Positions 55,420 through 63,484 of a stretch of DNA of 64,000 nt are shown here, piece by piece. The translations under genes were made by a program, and so were the position numbers. Origin of the DNA: Acidobacteriota bacterium (lineage in GTDB: Bacteria; Acidobacteriota; Thermoanaerobaculia; Gp7-AA8). Where the stretch lies: the NCBI GenBank assembly GCA_019247495.1, contig JAFAOU010000033.1, positions 14,595 to 78,594 of the forward strand, written 5' to 3'. Within the stretch, counting starts at the first letter, position 1. Every line of letters begins with the position of its first letter. The notes under the pieces are model-generated. The model ran no database searches, was not told the DNA's origin, and saw only the letters and a list, made by a program, of their open reading frames with translations.

Positions 55420-56078
55420 TCGACGTCTGCTTCGTCGACGTGAATGTCTCGAATGACGTCATCGATGCGCTCGCGAACCTGCTCACGACGGCAGAGAGAG
55501 CGCGCGCGGACCGATATCGATTTCCCGACGATCGCCGCCGCTCCATCGTCGCGCGCGCGGCGACGCGGCGACTTCTCGCCCGTTACCTCGGCAGCGATCC
55601 GCTCACGCTCGTCATCGACGAAGAAAAACTCGGCAAGCCTGTTCTCCGCGGACGCGAGATCGAATTCAACGCCAGCCACTCCGGCGATCTGGTCGCACTC
55701 GCGTTCGCAAGGGAGACCGCCGTCGGCATCGACGTCGAGCGGCGCCGGAAACTGAGCGACACCCTGGCCTTGACGCGCCGCTATTTTTCTGCGGACGAAG
55801 TGGCGATCGTCGAACGGGCCGCGGATGCAGGCGATGCGTTCTTCGCGATCTGGACCGCGAAGGAGGCGATCGTCAAGGCCAGCGGCAAAGGAATCGGCAG
55901 CGGCGACCTGCGCGGCTTCACCGTCCCGTTTCGCGATCCGCAACTGCGGCCGGTTGTCGATGGCTGGAGCGTGGCGGCGCTCGATCCGAATCGCGACGGC
56001 TATTACGCCGCGGTTGCCGCGCGCGATGCAAATTTGCGCATCGCCGTCAAGTCGATCACCGCCGAGGGTTTGCTTTAG
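55416..56078 (+). CDS. Sfp-type 4'-phosphopantetheinyl transferase
   Basis: ATGA overlap with the MFS stop. FNASHSGDLVALA, GIDVE, WTAKEAIVKASGKG. Confidence 0.82.
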   Translation: MIDVCFVDVNVSNDVIDALANLLTTAERARADRYRFPDDRRRSIVARAATRRLLARYLGSDPLTLVIDEEKLGKPVLRGREIEFNASHSGDLVALAFARETAVGIDVERRRKLSDTLALTRRYFSADEVAIVERAADAGDAFFAIWTAKEAIVKASGKGIGSGDLRGFTVPFRDPQLRPVVDGWSVAALDPNRDGYYAAVAARDANLRIAVKSITAEGLL

Positions 56079-56089
56079 ACTTCGCAATC

Positions 56090-56749
56090 GTGCCGCCCCC
56101 GAACGAAGAGCGTCGAAAGTATCAGCGTGTGCGACTGGCGCGCCCGGTAGTGGCGCGCGTCGGTGCTGCGCGCGTTTTTCTGCTCGAAGTCTCGCTGAGC
56201 GGCGTGCTGGTCGCGCATCAGGGCAACATCCCGCCCGAGGGCGCTACCGGCGTGGTGATGTTCGAATGGGAAAGCATCGCCGTCGCGCTCGAGTGCCGCA
56301 TCACGCGCAACACGCTGCAAAAGATGGCGCGCAACGCGACCGAGAAAAGCGTTTATCACGCGGCGATGGAAATCATCCGCGCGTCCGACGTCGCCATGAA
56401 GACGTTGCGCGACATGATCTCCGAGGTCGTGGCACGCGCGCTCGACGAGCAGAAAGCGAACGCGCGCGGCATCCCGGCGGTCGCAGCGCAGACGTTCCAG
56501 ACCGGCAAAGGAAGTCAGTTCCTCCGCCTGGAAATCATCAACGGCGTCTGGCGGCGGACGGAGACGACGCGTCCCGACCAGCCGATGAACGGCTTCACGA
56601 TTTCCGCCGAGGAACCGCCGGAACACGTCGCGTTGCTTTGCGACACGTACGCGGCGGCCGACCAGGAGAGCCGGAAATTGATCAAGCTGATGGCAGAGCT
56701 GAGCATCAGCAAAGCCGAGGGGATTCCGACGCGCAGGTACAGTCCGTAG
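56090..56749 (+). CDS. PilZ-domain protein
   Basis: GTG start. ERRKYQRVRL (RRxxxR) and EVSLSGVLV (xSxxG) near the N-terminus. Confidence 0.55.
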   Translation: MPPPNEERRKYQRVRLARPVVARVGAARVFLLEVSLSGVLVAHQGNIPPEGATGVVMFEWESIAVALECRITRNTLQKMARNATEKSVYHAAMEIIRASDVAMKTLRDMISEVVARALDEQKANARGIPAVAAQTFQTGKGSQFLRLEIINGVWRRTETTRPDQPMNGFTISAEEPPEHVALLCDTYAAADQESRKLIKLMAELSISKAEGIPTRRYSP

Positions 56750-56754
56750 AGGCT

Positions 56755-56896
56755 GGAGCGCTGGCGTCTCGCCGGCTGGACCGGCGGCGTCCTCGCCGCC
56801 GAATGCGAGGCTTGCGCAGCATTCGTGTTACCAGCGAATGTTGCGGGTTCGGCGGCGAGACGCCGCCGGGCCAGCCGGCGCGGACGCCAGCGCTCC
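56755..56896. repeat. GCCGGCTGGACCGGCGGCG-type long palindromic element
   Basis: ggagcgctggcgtctcgccggctggaccggcggcgtcctcgccgccgaa (56755-56803) pairs with ttcggcggcgagacgccgccgggccagccggcgcggacgccagcgctcc (56848-56896). Lies between convergent genes. Confidence 0.8.
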
Positions 56897-56907
56897 GCCT
56901 GCAAGCG

Positions 56908-57417
56908 TTACACGCCCGACAGACTGCCCGCCATCTCATCCACTACCGGCCACGTCGCAGCGCGCCACTCGTCGCCCATCAGCAGGCCGGCGGAGGCAAG
57001 ATAGATGGCCACATCGCGGGGCGGGAAGTTGTCGAGCGATTTCACGGCGTCGCGGACCTGATCGATCGATGGCGCGGCGTACTCCTCGACTTCGATCGAG
57101 CCGTTCACGTGCGGGATTTCCCAGTGATCGAGGAATGCCGCCAGCAACGCGTTCTGCTCGTGCGTGTGGTAGTGCATGAGGGCTGTATCGAGCGCTTGCT
57201 CGAACTCCGGCGCCGAGGCGCGCGACGCGAAAAGGTCGGCCTTCTTTTCGAGCGGCATCTTGCGGATCGACTCTTCACGGAAGTGCAGCGCCTTGGCGAT
57301 CTGCGCGATCGCGATCAATTTCGCGGTGTCGTCGCCGAACCGCCAGAAGGCCACGAGGATGCGGCGGCGGCGTTCGGGATCGGCGAGGTCTTTGATGATT
57401 TTGCGTGCGTTCCACAT
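56908..57417 (-). CDS. Hypothetical protein
   Basis: Track ORF trimmed to ATG 57417 (MWNARKIIKDL...). The 57418-57474 extension (MTPDTRHPTPRHP..) is translation of a repeat arm. Confidence 0.5.
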   Translation of the reverse strand: MWNARKIIKDLADPERRRRILVAFWRFGDDTAKLIAIAQIAKALHFREESIRKMPLEKKADLFASRASAPEFEQALDTALMHYHTHEQNALLAAFLDHWEIPHVNGSIEVEEYAAPSIDQVRDAVKSLDNFPPRDVAIYLASAGLLMGDEWRAATWPVVDEMAGSLSGV

Positions 57418-57436
57418 GGGAGCGGGATCGTACAAC

Positions 57437-57525
57437 GGGTGTCGGGGTGTCGGGTGTCGGGTGTCGGGTGTCAAGGAGGCTAAGGTCGCTTTGCTCCGAC
57501 CCCCGCCTCCCGACTCCCCACTCCC
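57437..57525. repeat. (GGGTGTC)/(GGGAGTC) hairpin repeat
   Basis: gggtgtcggggtgtcgggtgtcgggtgtcgggtgtc (57437-57472), 22-nt loop, ccgacccccgcctcccgactccccactccc (57495-57524). The minus-strand arm encodes the last residues (GVGSREAGVGAKRP*) of the pseudouridine synthase. Confidence 0.8.
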
Positions 57526-58253
57526 TTCAGCGTTCTCACTTCATCCGCGGTCAGTTCGCGCGTTTGCCCCGAGGGAAGGTCGCCGATGCGAAGCGATCCG
57601 ATGGCGATGCGAACGAGCGTGACGACCTCGGCATCGAGCGCTTCGACCATTCGCCGCACCTGCCGATTGCGTCCCTCGGTGATCGTGATTTCGAACTCGC
57701 TGCCGTTCATGCGCGTCACGCGCGCGGGACGCGTGGGGCCGTCGCGCAGTTCCATGCCGTTGCGAAGCAGATTCAGATCAGCATCGGTCAGCGGACGATT
57801 GGCGGTAACGCGATACGTCTTCGGTACGTGATACTCGGGATTGGTCAGCCGCTCGGCGAATTGGGTGTCGTTGGTCAGGATCAGCAGCCCGCTCGTGTCG
57901 AGATCGAGACGGCCGACCGGAAAGAGGTAGCGATCACGGTCCGGCATCAGGTCGTAAATCGTCGGACGCCCCTCGGGATCGCGATACGTGGTGATGTAGC
58001 CGGCCGGCTTGTGCAGGAGCAGATACGTGCGCTCCTCACGGCGCAGTGGCTTGCCATCGAACGAAACGCGGTCGCGCTCCATGTCGATCCACGCATCGGG
58101 ATCGCGAACGACGCGTCCATTGACGCTGACCCGCCCGCCACCGACCCAGCTTCGCGCCTCGGAGCGCGAGCCTAGGCCGGCCTTGGAGATGACGCGCTCC
58201 AGAGTCTTCAGCGGGCGATCGCCGGGCGGCGGCTTTGGGACGTTACGCGGCAT
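57480..58253 (-). CDS. rluB: RsuA/RluB-family pseudouridine synthase (S4 domain + catalytic domain)
   Basis: Trimmed to ATG 58253 (the track start lies in a repeat). LERVISKAGLGSRSEARSWV (S4), PVGRLDLDTSGLLILTND, KTYRV, GRNRQVRRM. Confidence 0.85.
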   Translation of the reverse strand: MPRNVPKPPPGDRPLKTLERVISKAGLGSRSEARSWVGGGRVSVNGRVVRDPDAWIDMERDRVSFDGKPLRREERTYLLLHKPAGYITTYRDPEGRPTIYDLMPDRDRYLFPVGRLDLDTSGLLILTNDTQFAERLTNPEYHVPKTYRVTANRPLTDADLNLLRNGMELRDGPTRPARVTRMNGSEFEITITEGRNRQVRRMVEALDAEVVTLVRIAIGSLRIGDLPSGQTRELTADEVRTLKGVGSREAGVGAKRP

Positions 58254-58257
58254 AGGC

Positions 58258-58348
58258 AATGTTGAATGTTCAATGTTGAATGTTGAATGACAAAGCGGCT
58301 TCGTCTCCTCATTCAACATTGAACATTCAACATTCAACATTCAACATT
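58258..58348. repeat. (TTCAACA)n hairpin repeat
   Basis: aatgttgaatgttcaatgttgaatgttgaatga - 19-nt loop - cattcaacattgaacattcaacattcaacattcaacatt. Fills the divergent rluB / GHL10 intergenic region. Confidence 0.85.
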
Positions 58349-58365
58349 TACAATCATCGCACTCA

Positions 58366-59913
58366 GTGAAGCGGTTCCTCCCGATCATCATCCTGCTCCT
58401 CGCCGCGGCAACAGCCCGCGCGGAGGACCGTCCCGAATACCGCGCGTACTGGGTCGACACGTTCCGCACGCCGTTCGCGACGAAAGTCGACGTCGAGCGA
58501 ATCGTCGACGCAGCGAGCGAGAGCAACGCGAACGCGCTCTTTGTCCAGGTCCGCCGCCGCGGCGATGCCTGGTATCTCGATGCCGCGGAGCCGCTGGCCG
58601 AGGCGATGGACGGGACGTTCGATCCGTTGCGAGCACTGCTCGACGCGGCGCATGCGCGCGGCATCGAGGTGCATGCCTTCGTCATCGTCGGCGCAATTTT
58701 TCATGGCGACCCGAAAAAGGATCCGCTGCCGCGCGATACGCGCCATGTGTTCCTGCAACATTTCTGGGATGCGAACGCGAAGCGGCCGTATCGCGGCGCG
58801 CGGCAGTGGGGCACGAAAACGAGCAAGGGCCGGTACCAGTTCGCATCCGACTGGTACGTCGACCTCGGGCATCCTGACGCGGCGGCGTACACGGCGGACG
58901 TGTTGCTCCATCTCGTCCGCGCCTACGACATCGACGGCATTCATCTCGATCGCGTGCGCTATCCGGAGTCGACTCGCGGCGACGTCGGCTACAACGACAC
59001 GAGCGTGGCGCGGTTCCGCGCCCGCTACGGACGGTTGCCGCGCGCGAAGGATCCGCTCTGGAACGACTGGCGTCGCGAACAGGTCACGTCCTTCGTTCGC
59101 CGCGTCGCCCTCGGCGCGAAAGCAATCCGTCCGTCGATCACGATATCTGCCGCGCTCATCGCCTGGGGGTCGGGTCCGGCAGCAAGCCACGGGTTTACGA
59201 ACACGGACTCGTATCGCGTCGCATTTCAGGATTGGGAGAGCTGGCTGCGCGAAGGGATCCTCGATCTGGCCAGCCCGATGCTCTACAAACGCGAACACGC
59301 GCCGGTCGAGCGGAAGCAGTTCGACGACTGGCTGCAGTTCGTTATCACGACCGCTCACGCGAACGGGCGCGCCGCGGTACCGGGCATCGGCGCGTATCTG
59401 AATTCGATCGAAGGAACGTTGCGCCAGTCTCGCCGCGCGCGGGAGGCAAACGCCGACGGCATCCTCTTTTTCGCAATGGGCGACACGAAGCCGTGGTCGA
59501 TCCTCGCGAACAGCACGAACAACGCGGTGCGGCAGAATCCGTACGCACTCCCGGTGGCAGGCGTGTTCACGCCGAAACGGCCGAACGAGGAGTTTTTCGC
59601 CGCGCTGCGTACGAGCACGGCCACCGATGGACGGACGCCATTCGAGACAATCGAGCATCCGCTGTTTGCGGCGACGACACCGCCACCGCGGCGTCCGGAA
59701 TCACTGACAGGCGCAGTCATGGGCTCGGCCGATGGCGACGGGACGCTCATCTCGATCGAGTCGCTCGCGACGCACGAGACACGCACGACGCACACGGACG
59801 GCAGCGGCTTTTTCGGGATGCTGGGACTCGCTCCCGGCGAGTACCGGGTGGTGGCGGCTGGCAAATCGGCGACGGTGATCGTGAACGCGGGGCGCGTCAG
59901 CGAGGCGTTTTGA
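58366..59913 (+). CDS. Glycoside-hydrolase-like GHL10 (DUF187/YngK-like) protein with C-terminal CarboxypepD_reg-like domain
   Basis: GTG start, signal peptide. EYRAYWVDTF, NALFVQVRRRGDAWY, IEVHAF, DGIHLDRVRYP. C-terminal DGSGFFGMLGLAPGEYRV. Confidence 0.65.
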   Translation: MKRFLPIIILLLAAATARAEDRPEYRAYWVDTFRTPFATKVDVERIVDAASESNANALFVQVRRRGDAWYLDAAEPLAEAMDGTFDPLRALLDAAHARGIEVHAFVIVGAIFHGDPKKDPLPRDTRHVFLQHFWDANAKRPYRGARQWGTKTSKGRYQFASDWYVDLGHPDAAAYTADVLLHLVRAYDIDGIHLDRVRYPESTRGDVGYNDTSVARFRARYGRLPRAKDPLWNDWRREQVTSFVRRVALGAKAIRPSITISAALIAWGSGPAASHGFTNTDSYRVAFQDWESWLREGILDLASPMLYKREHAPVERKQFDDWLQFVITTAHANGRAAVPGIGAYLNSIEGTLRQSRRAREANADGILFFAMGDTKPWSILANSTNNAVRQNPYALPVAGVFTPKRPNEEFFAALRTSTATDGRTPFETIEHPLFAATTPPPRRPESLTGAVMGSADGDGTLISIESLATHETRTTHTDGSGFFGMLGLAPGEYRVVAAGKSATVIVNAGRVSEAF

Positions 59914-59970
59914 CCACAGAGACACAGAGAACACAGAGGGATTTCTTCGTGTCCTCTGTGCCTGTGTGGT
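59913..59970. repeat. (CACAGAGA)n hairpin repeat, imperfect copy
   Basis: accacagagacacagagaacacagagg ... cgtgtcctctgtgcctgtgtggt, same family as 30831..30868. Confidence 0.75.
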
Positions 59971-59983
59971 GAAATCAGGCTCC

Positions 59984-60472
59984 ATGTCTGAACTCGATCC
60001 TTCCGTGCAGCGCGAGATTGATGCGTTGGGCATCCCGCACGAGGTGCTCGACTGCAATCCCGAGTGGGCCGACACCGATGTCTTCTGCGCGAACTACGAC
60101 ATCCCGCGCGAGAACGCGGCGAACACGATCCTCGTCGCGGCCAAGACCGAGCCGCGGCAGTACGTCGCCTGTCTGGTCACCGCGACGATGAAGCTCGACG
60201 TCAATCACAAGATCAGCAAATTGATCGGGATCAAGCGGCTGTCGTTTGCGTCGGCCGAGGAGACTAAAGAGTTGACCGGGCAACTCATTGGCGGCGTGAC
60301 CGTGTTCGGATTGCCGGAGTCGATTCCGCTGTACATCGATGAGCGCGTGATGGAGCGCGAGTACGTCATCGTCGGCGGCGGCAACCGGTCGACGAAGGTC
60401 AAGCTCGCACCGGCAGAACTGCGCAAACTGCCACGTGCCTCGGTGGCCGACATCGCCGTGCCACGGCAGTAA
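59984..60472 (+). CDS. YbaK/ProX-type aminoacyl-tRNA editing domain protein
   Basis: Trimmed to ATG 59984 (the GTG 59966 lies in the repeat). NTILVAAK...YVACLV, IGGVTVFGLP, VIVGGGNR. Confidence 0.65.
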   Translation: MSELDPSVQREIDALGIPHEVLDCNPEWADTDVFCANYDIPRENAANTILVAAKTEPRQYVACLVTATMKLDVNHKISKLIGIKRLSFASAEETKELTGQLIGGVTVFGLPESIPLYIDERVMEREYVIVGGGNRSTKVKLAPAELRKLPRASVADIAVPRQ

Positions 60473-60521
60473 CAATCCAAACCGTCCCCAAACCCGTAAT
60501 TGAGGAAAAGGAGAGGATCGT

Positions 60522-61037
60522 ATGAAGACTCGCTTGTTGGCAGTGGTTGTTTGTCTTGTCACCGTGGCCGCGTTCGGCCAGAGCAATCCGAAACTCAAAG
60601 AGATTCAATGGTTCGCCGGTTCCTGGCAGTGCACGGGGACCGCATTCGCGTCGCCGATGGGCCCCGAGCATCCGACCAGGTCAACCGTCAACGCCTCATG
60701 GGTCCTCGGCGGGGCATGGTTGCAACTCAACTACACGGAAGCGAAAACCGCGAAGAACCCGCATCCCTTTGCCCTTCGCGCTCTCTGGAGCTACGACGAA
60801 GAGCCGAAGGCATTTGTCTCTGGCACGGTCGATAACATGGGTGGCTATTCCACGCAACAGTCTCCGGGATGGGAAGGCGACAAATTCGTATTCACCGGAC
60901 CGATGCATTCCGGCGGCATGACGGTCAAGAGCCGCGACACCTTCACCCGACTGGGCAAGAACAAAGTGCGCCACGAAGGGGAGATGGAAGATAAGGGCAA
61001 TTGGATCAAGCTCGATACGGAAACCTGCACACGCTGA
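60522..61037 (+). CDS. Secreted protein, possibly DUF1579
   Basis: AAGGAGAGG RBS, signal peptide. FAGSWQCTGTAF...VLGGAWLQLNY pattern. Confidence 0.55.
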   Translation: MKTRLLAVVVCLVTVAAFGQSNPKLKEIQWFAGSWQCTGTAFASPMGPEHPTRSTVNASWVLGGAWLQLNYTEAKTAKNPHPFALRALWSYDEEPKAFVSGTVDNMGGYSTQQSPGWEGDKFVFTGPMHSGGMTVKSRDTFTRLGKNKVRHEGEMEDKGNWIKLDTETCTR

Positions 61038-61049
61038 TGAATTGACCGA

Positions 61050-61078
61050 GGGCGGACTCGCGCGGTCCGCCCTTTTTT
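61050..61078 (+). terminator. Rho-independent terminator
   Basis: gggcggac-tcgcgcg-gtccgccc followed by tttttt. Confidence 0.85.
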
Positions 61079-61086
61079 CGCGCCGT

Positions 61087-61121
61087 TTGACACCGCGCTA
61101 CTACAACTGTAGTATGCGCGC
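61087..61121 (+). promoter_or_regulatory. Sigma-70-type promoter with embedded TACA/TGTA operator; predicts a leaderless blaI-like mRNA
   Basis: TTGACA (61087-92), 17-nt spacer, TAGTAT (61110-15), then 6 nt to ATG 61122. Palindrome TACTACA-AC-TGTAGTA (61099-61114) overlaps the spacer and the -10 box. Confidence 0.55.
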
Positions 61122-61496
61122 ATGGCCAAAGAACGCATCGCGCTGACGAAGTTCGAGACCGAGGTCATGAGCGTGCTCTGGCGGCTCGGCGAAGCGAGCG
61201 TGCGCGAGGTGCAGGACGCGATCGAACGCGCCGAACCTCCTGCGTACACGACCGTGCAAACGATCGTGCAGCGCCTGGAACAGAAAGGCGCCGTGCGCCG
61301 CACGCGCAAGGCCGGCAACGCCCTCTACTTCGAGCCCGCCATCACGCGAAAGTCGGTTTACCGGCGCCTCGTCGATGAGCTGATCGATCTGATCGGCGGT
61401 TCGCAGCCGCTCGTCGCGCACCTCGTGGAAACGGGAAAGCTGTCGCTCGACGATCTGAAAGCGATTGAGAAGGCAGCGAAGAGGAGCGCGAAATGA
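61122..61496 (+). CDS. BlaI/MecI/CopY-family transcriptional repressor
   Basis: LTKFETEVMSVLWRLGEASVREVQDAI...YTTVQTIVQRLEQKGAVRR winged helix. Confidence 0.88.
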   Translation: MAKERIALTKFETEVMSVLWRLGEASVREVQDAIERAEPPAYTTVQTIVQRLEQKGAVRRTRKAGNALYFEPAITRKSVYRRLVDELIDLIGGSQPLVAHLVETGKLSLDDLKAIEKAAKRSAK

Positions 61497-62956
61497 TCGT
61501 GCACCTGCTCGAGTCGACGTTGCTCCTCGCTATTGCCCTCCTCTTCGCGCACCTCCCGCGGCTGGCGGCGCGGACGCGATATGCGATCGTCTTCTCGGCG
61601 CTGATGAAGTTCGCCATTCCGTCGGCGATCGTGCCGCGGCTTCTGGCGGCATTCGGAATCGATCTGACGGGGATGAAGGGCACGATCGTGATCAGCGCGC
61701 TCGGACCCCTCTCGATGGCGAGCCTTCCGCAGACCGCGGCGCCGGTCTGGCCGATGGCCGCCGCCGCAATCTGGGCGGCGATCGCGATCGCGCTGCTGGC
61801 GCGCTCGTTCGTGCGCGGCCGTGCGGCCGTGCGCGTGGCGCTAGCAAACGCAGTCGCTGCTGAGGATGTTGCACTCGTTCGCGCGCGCGGCCGTGCGGGT
61901 GTGACGCGCGACGTCCGACTCCTTCGCTCGTCGTCGATCGCGACGCCGGCAACGATCGGGCTGTTCCGTCCGATCATCATCATTCCGGCCGATACGCAAC
62001 TCGCCGGCGCGGAGCTGGAAACGATCCTCACGCACGAATCTGCGCATATCGCACGGCGCGACAACCTTCTCAGCGTCATCGAAGCGATCGCCGGCAGCGC
62101 GCTCTGGTTTCATCCGCTGGTCTGGATCGCGCGACGCGTCCTCGACGCCGCGCGCGAAGAAGCGTGCGATTCCGTCGTCATCGCCTCAGGCGACACCAAC
62201 ACGTACCTCACCGCCCTCGAAAAAGTCTGCGGCGCTGCCATCGCGCCACGTGCCGCGGGTATTTCGTGCATCGTCAGCAACACGATCCAGGAAAGGATGA
62301 ACGCCATCATGCGATTCGGAACCCGCCGCCTTCTCCCCCACCGCGCAGTTACAAGTGCCGTCATCGCACTGATCGCGATCGCGACGGTTGGAACCGGCGT
62401 CGCGCGTGCGTTACCGCAGACGGGCGACGATACCGCCGCGACGCCGTACAAGATCGAAGTGACGGCGACGCGCACGGATCGGTATTTCGGCTTCAGCGTC
62501 ACCATCCGCAGCCGCGCAGACGGACACGAAATTCACTCCGCTCGTTTAAAAGCGCGGATCGAGGAGTGGGCCACCGTACGATCCGAGAAAAGTGATTCCG
62601 ATGGTGGTCATGAAACCATCATCCGCGCAAAAGGACAGACCGACGGAACTGCGACCGTCGAGATTGTGATCGACGGCGCAACTCCGATCGTCCGGCGGAT
62701 TGTGGCGATCCCGAACGAAGGCAAAACCAGCAACGAAACCATCTCTCTCAATCTCAAGGACGCTGAGATTCACGACGTCCTTCGAACGTTCGCACAGCTG
62801 ACAAAGATGAACATCGCCATCGAGCCAGGCGTGACCCGCTTCGTGACCGAAGACCTTCACGAGATTCCGTGGACTGAGGCGCTGGACAAGATTCTCGACG
62901 ACGCGAACCTGCAACAGAAGCGCGTCGGCAACACCATCTACATCTCCCGCAAGTGA
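61493..62956 (+). CDS. BlaR1-like M56 peptidase signal transducer with C-terminal STN/secretin-N0-like domain
   Basis: 4-nt overlap with blaI-like. Multi-TM. LTHESAHIARRDN (HExxH). C-terminal ISLNLKDAEIHDVLRTFAQLTKMNIAIEPGV...IPWTEALDKILDDANLQQKRVGNTIYI. Confidence 0.8.
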   Translation: MIVHLLESTLLLAIALLFAHLPRLAARTRYAIVFSALMKFAIPSAIVPRLLAAFGIDLTGMKGTIVISALGPLSMASLPQTAAPVWPMAAAAIWAAIAIALLARSFVRGRAAVRVALANAVAAEDVALVRARGRAGVTRDVRLLRSSSIATPATIGLFRPIIIIPADTQLAGAELETILTHESAHIARRDNLLSVIEAIAGSALWFHPLVWIARRVLDAAREEACDSVVIASGDTNTYLTALEKVCGAAIAPRAAGISCIVSNTIQERMNAIMRFGTRRLLPHRAVTSAVIALIAIATVGTGVARALPQTGDDTAATPYKIEVTATRTDRYFGFSVTIRSRADGHEIHSARLKARIEEWATVRSEKSDSDGGHETIIRAKGQTDGTATVEIVIDGATPIVRRIVAIPNEGKTSNETISLNLKDAEIHDVLRTFAQLTKMNIAIEPGVTRFVTEDLHEIPWTEALDKILDDANLQQKRVGNTIYISRK

Positions 62957-62974
62957 CGCTGTTAGAATCGCGCG

Positions 62975-63484
62975 ATGGCTCTCGCACCGCGGCAGACGCG
63001 GTTCCTCATCGTCTTCGCGGTTTTGCTCATCGCCTTCTACGCAATCATCACCATCGAGTGGGTCGACACGCACGCGGTGCTGCCGTTCACGGCGGCGCTG
63101 GCGCGTGTCTCGGGCGCGGCGCTGAATCTCATCCATGAACCGGTGCATGTCGACGGCACCGTCATCGCGGGATCGCGGTTCGCGGTCGACATCCGCGGCG
63201 GCTGCAACGGACTGGAAGCGGTCGTCTTCGTTTGCGCGGCGATGCTTGCCTTTCACGCGCCGCTGCGGAAGCGCATCCTCGGCTCGCTCGCGGCGGCGCT
63301 GATCCTCGAAGCGCTCAACGTGATCCGCATCGCTTCGCTCTACCTCCTCGGCGTTTACCACCGCAGCGTGTTCGAGACCTTCCACCTCGCCGTGTGGCAG
63401 ACGCTCATGTTCGGCGCGGCCGTTTTTCTGTTCCTCATCTGGACCTCGAGAGTGACTCCGCGCGATGCTCCTTCGAGCACTTAG
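62975..63484 (+). CDS. Small exosortase/archaeosortase-family protein (XrtH-size)
   Basis: 169 aa, multi-TM. Candidate catalytic triad contexts DIRGGCNGLEAV (Cys), LNVIRIASL (Arg), FETFHLAVW (His). Confidence 0.55.
   Translation: MALAPRQTRFLIVFAVLLIAFYAIITIEWVDTHAVLPFTAALARVSGAALNLIHEPVHVDGTVIAGSRFAVDIRGGCNGLEAVVFVCAAMLAFHAPLRKRILGSLAAALILEALNVIRIASLYLLGVYHRSVFETFHLAVWQTLMFGAAVFLFLIWTSRVTPRDAPSST

Noticed and set aside
55825-57483. 552-aa plus-strand ORF spanning the PPTase 3' end, the PilZ gene, a palindromic element and the antisense of the next gene
   Set aside because: The translation is extremely Arg-rich and crosses an intergenic repeat. The PilZ protein and the hypothetical protein in other frames and strands give sensible proteins.
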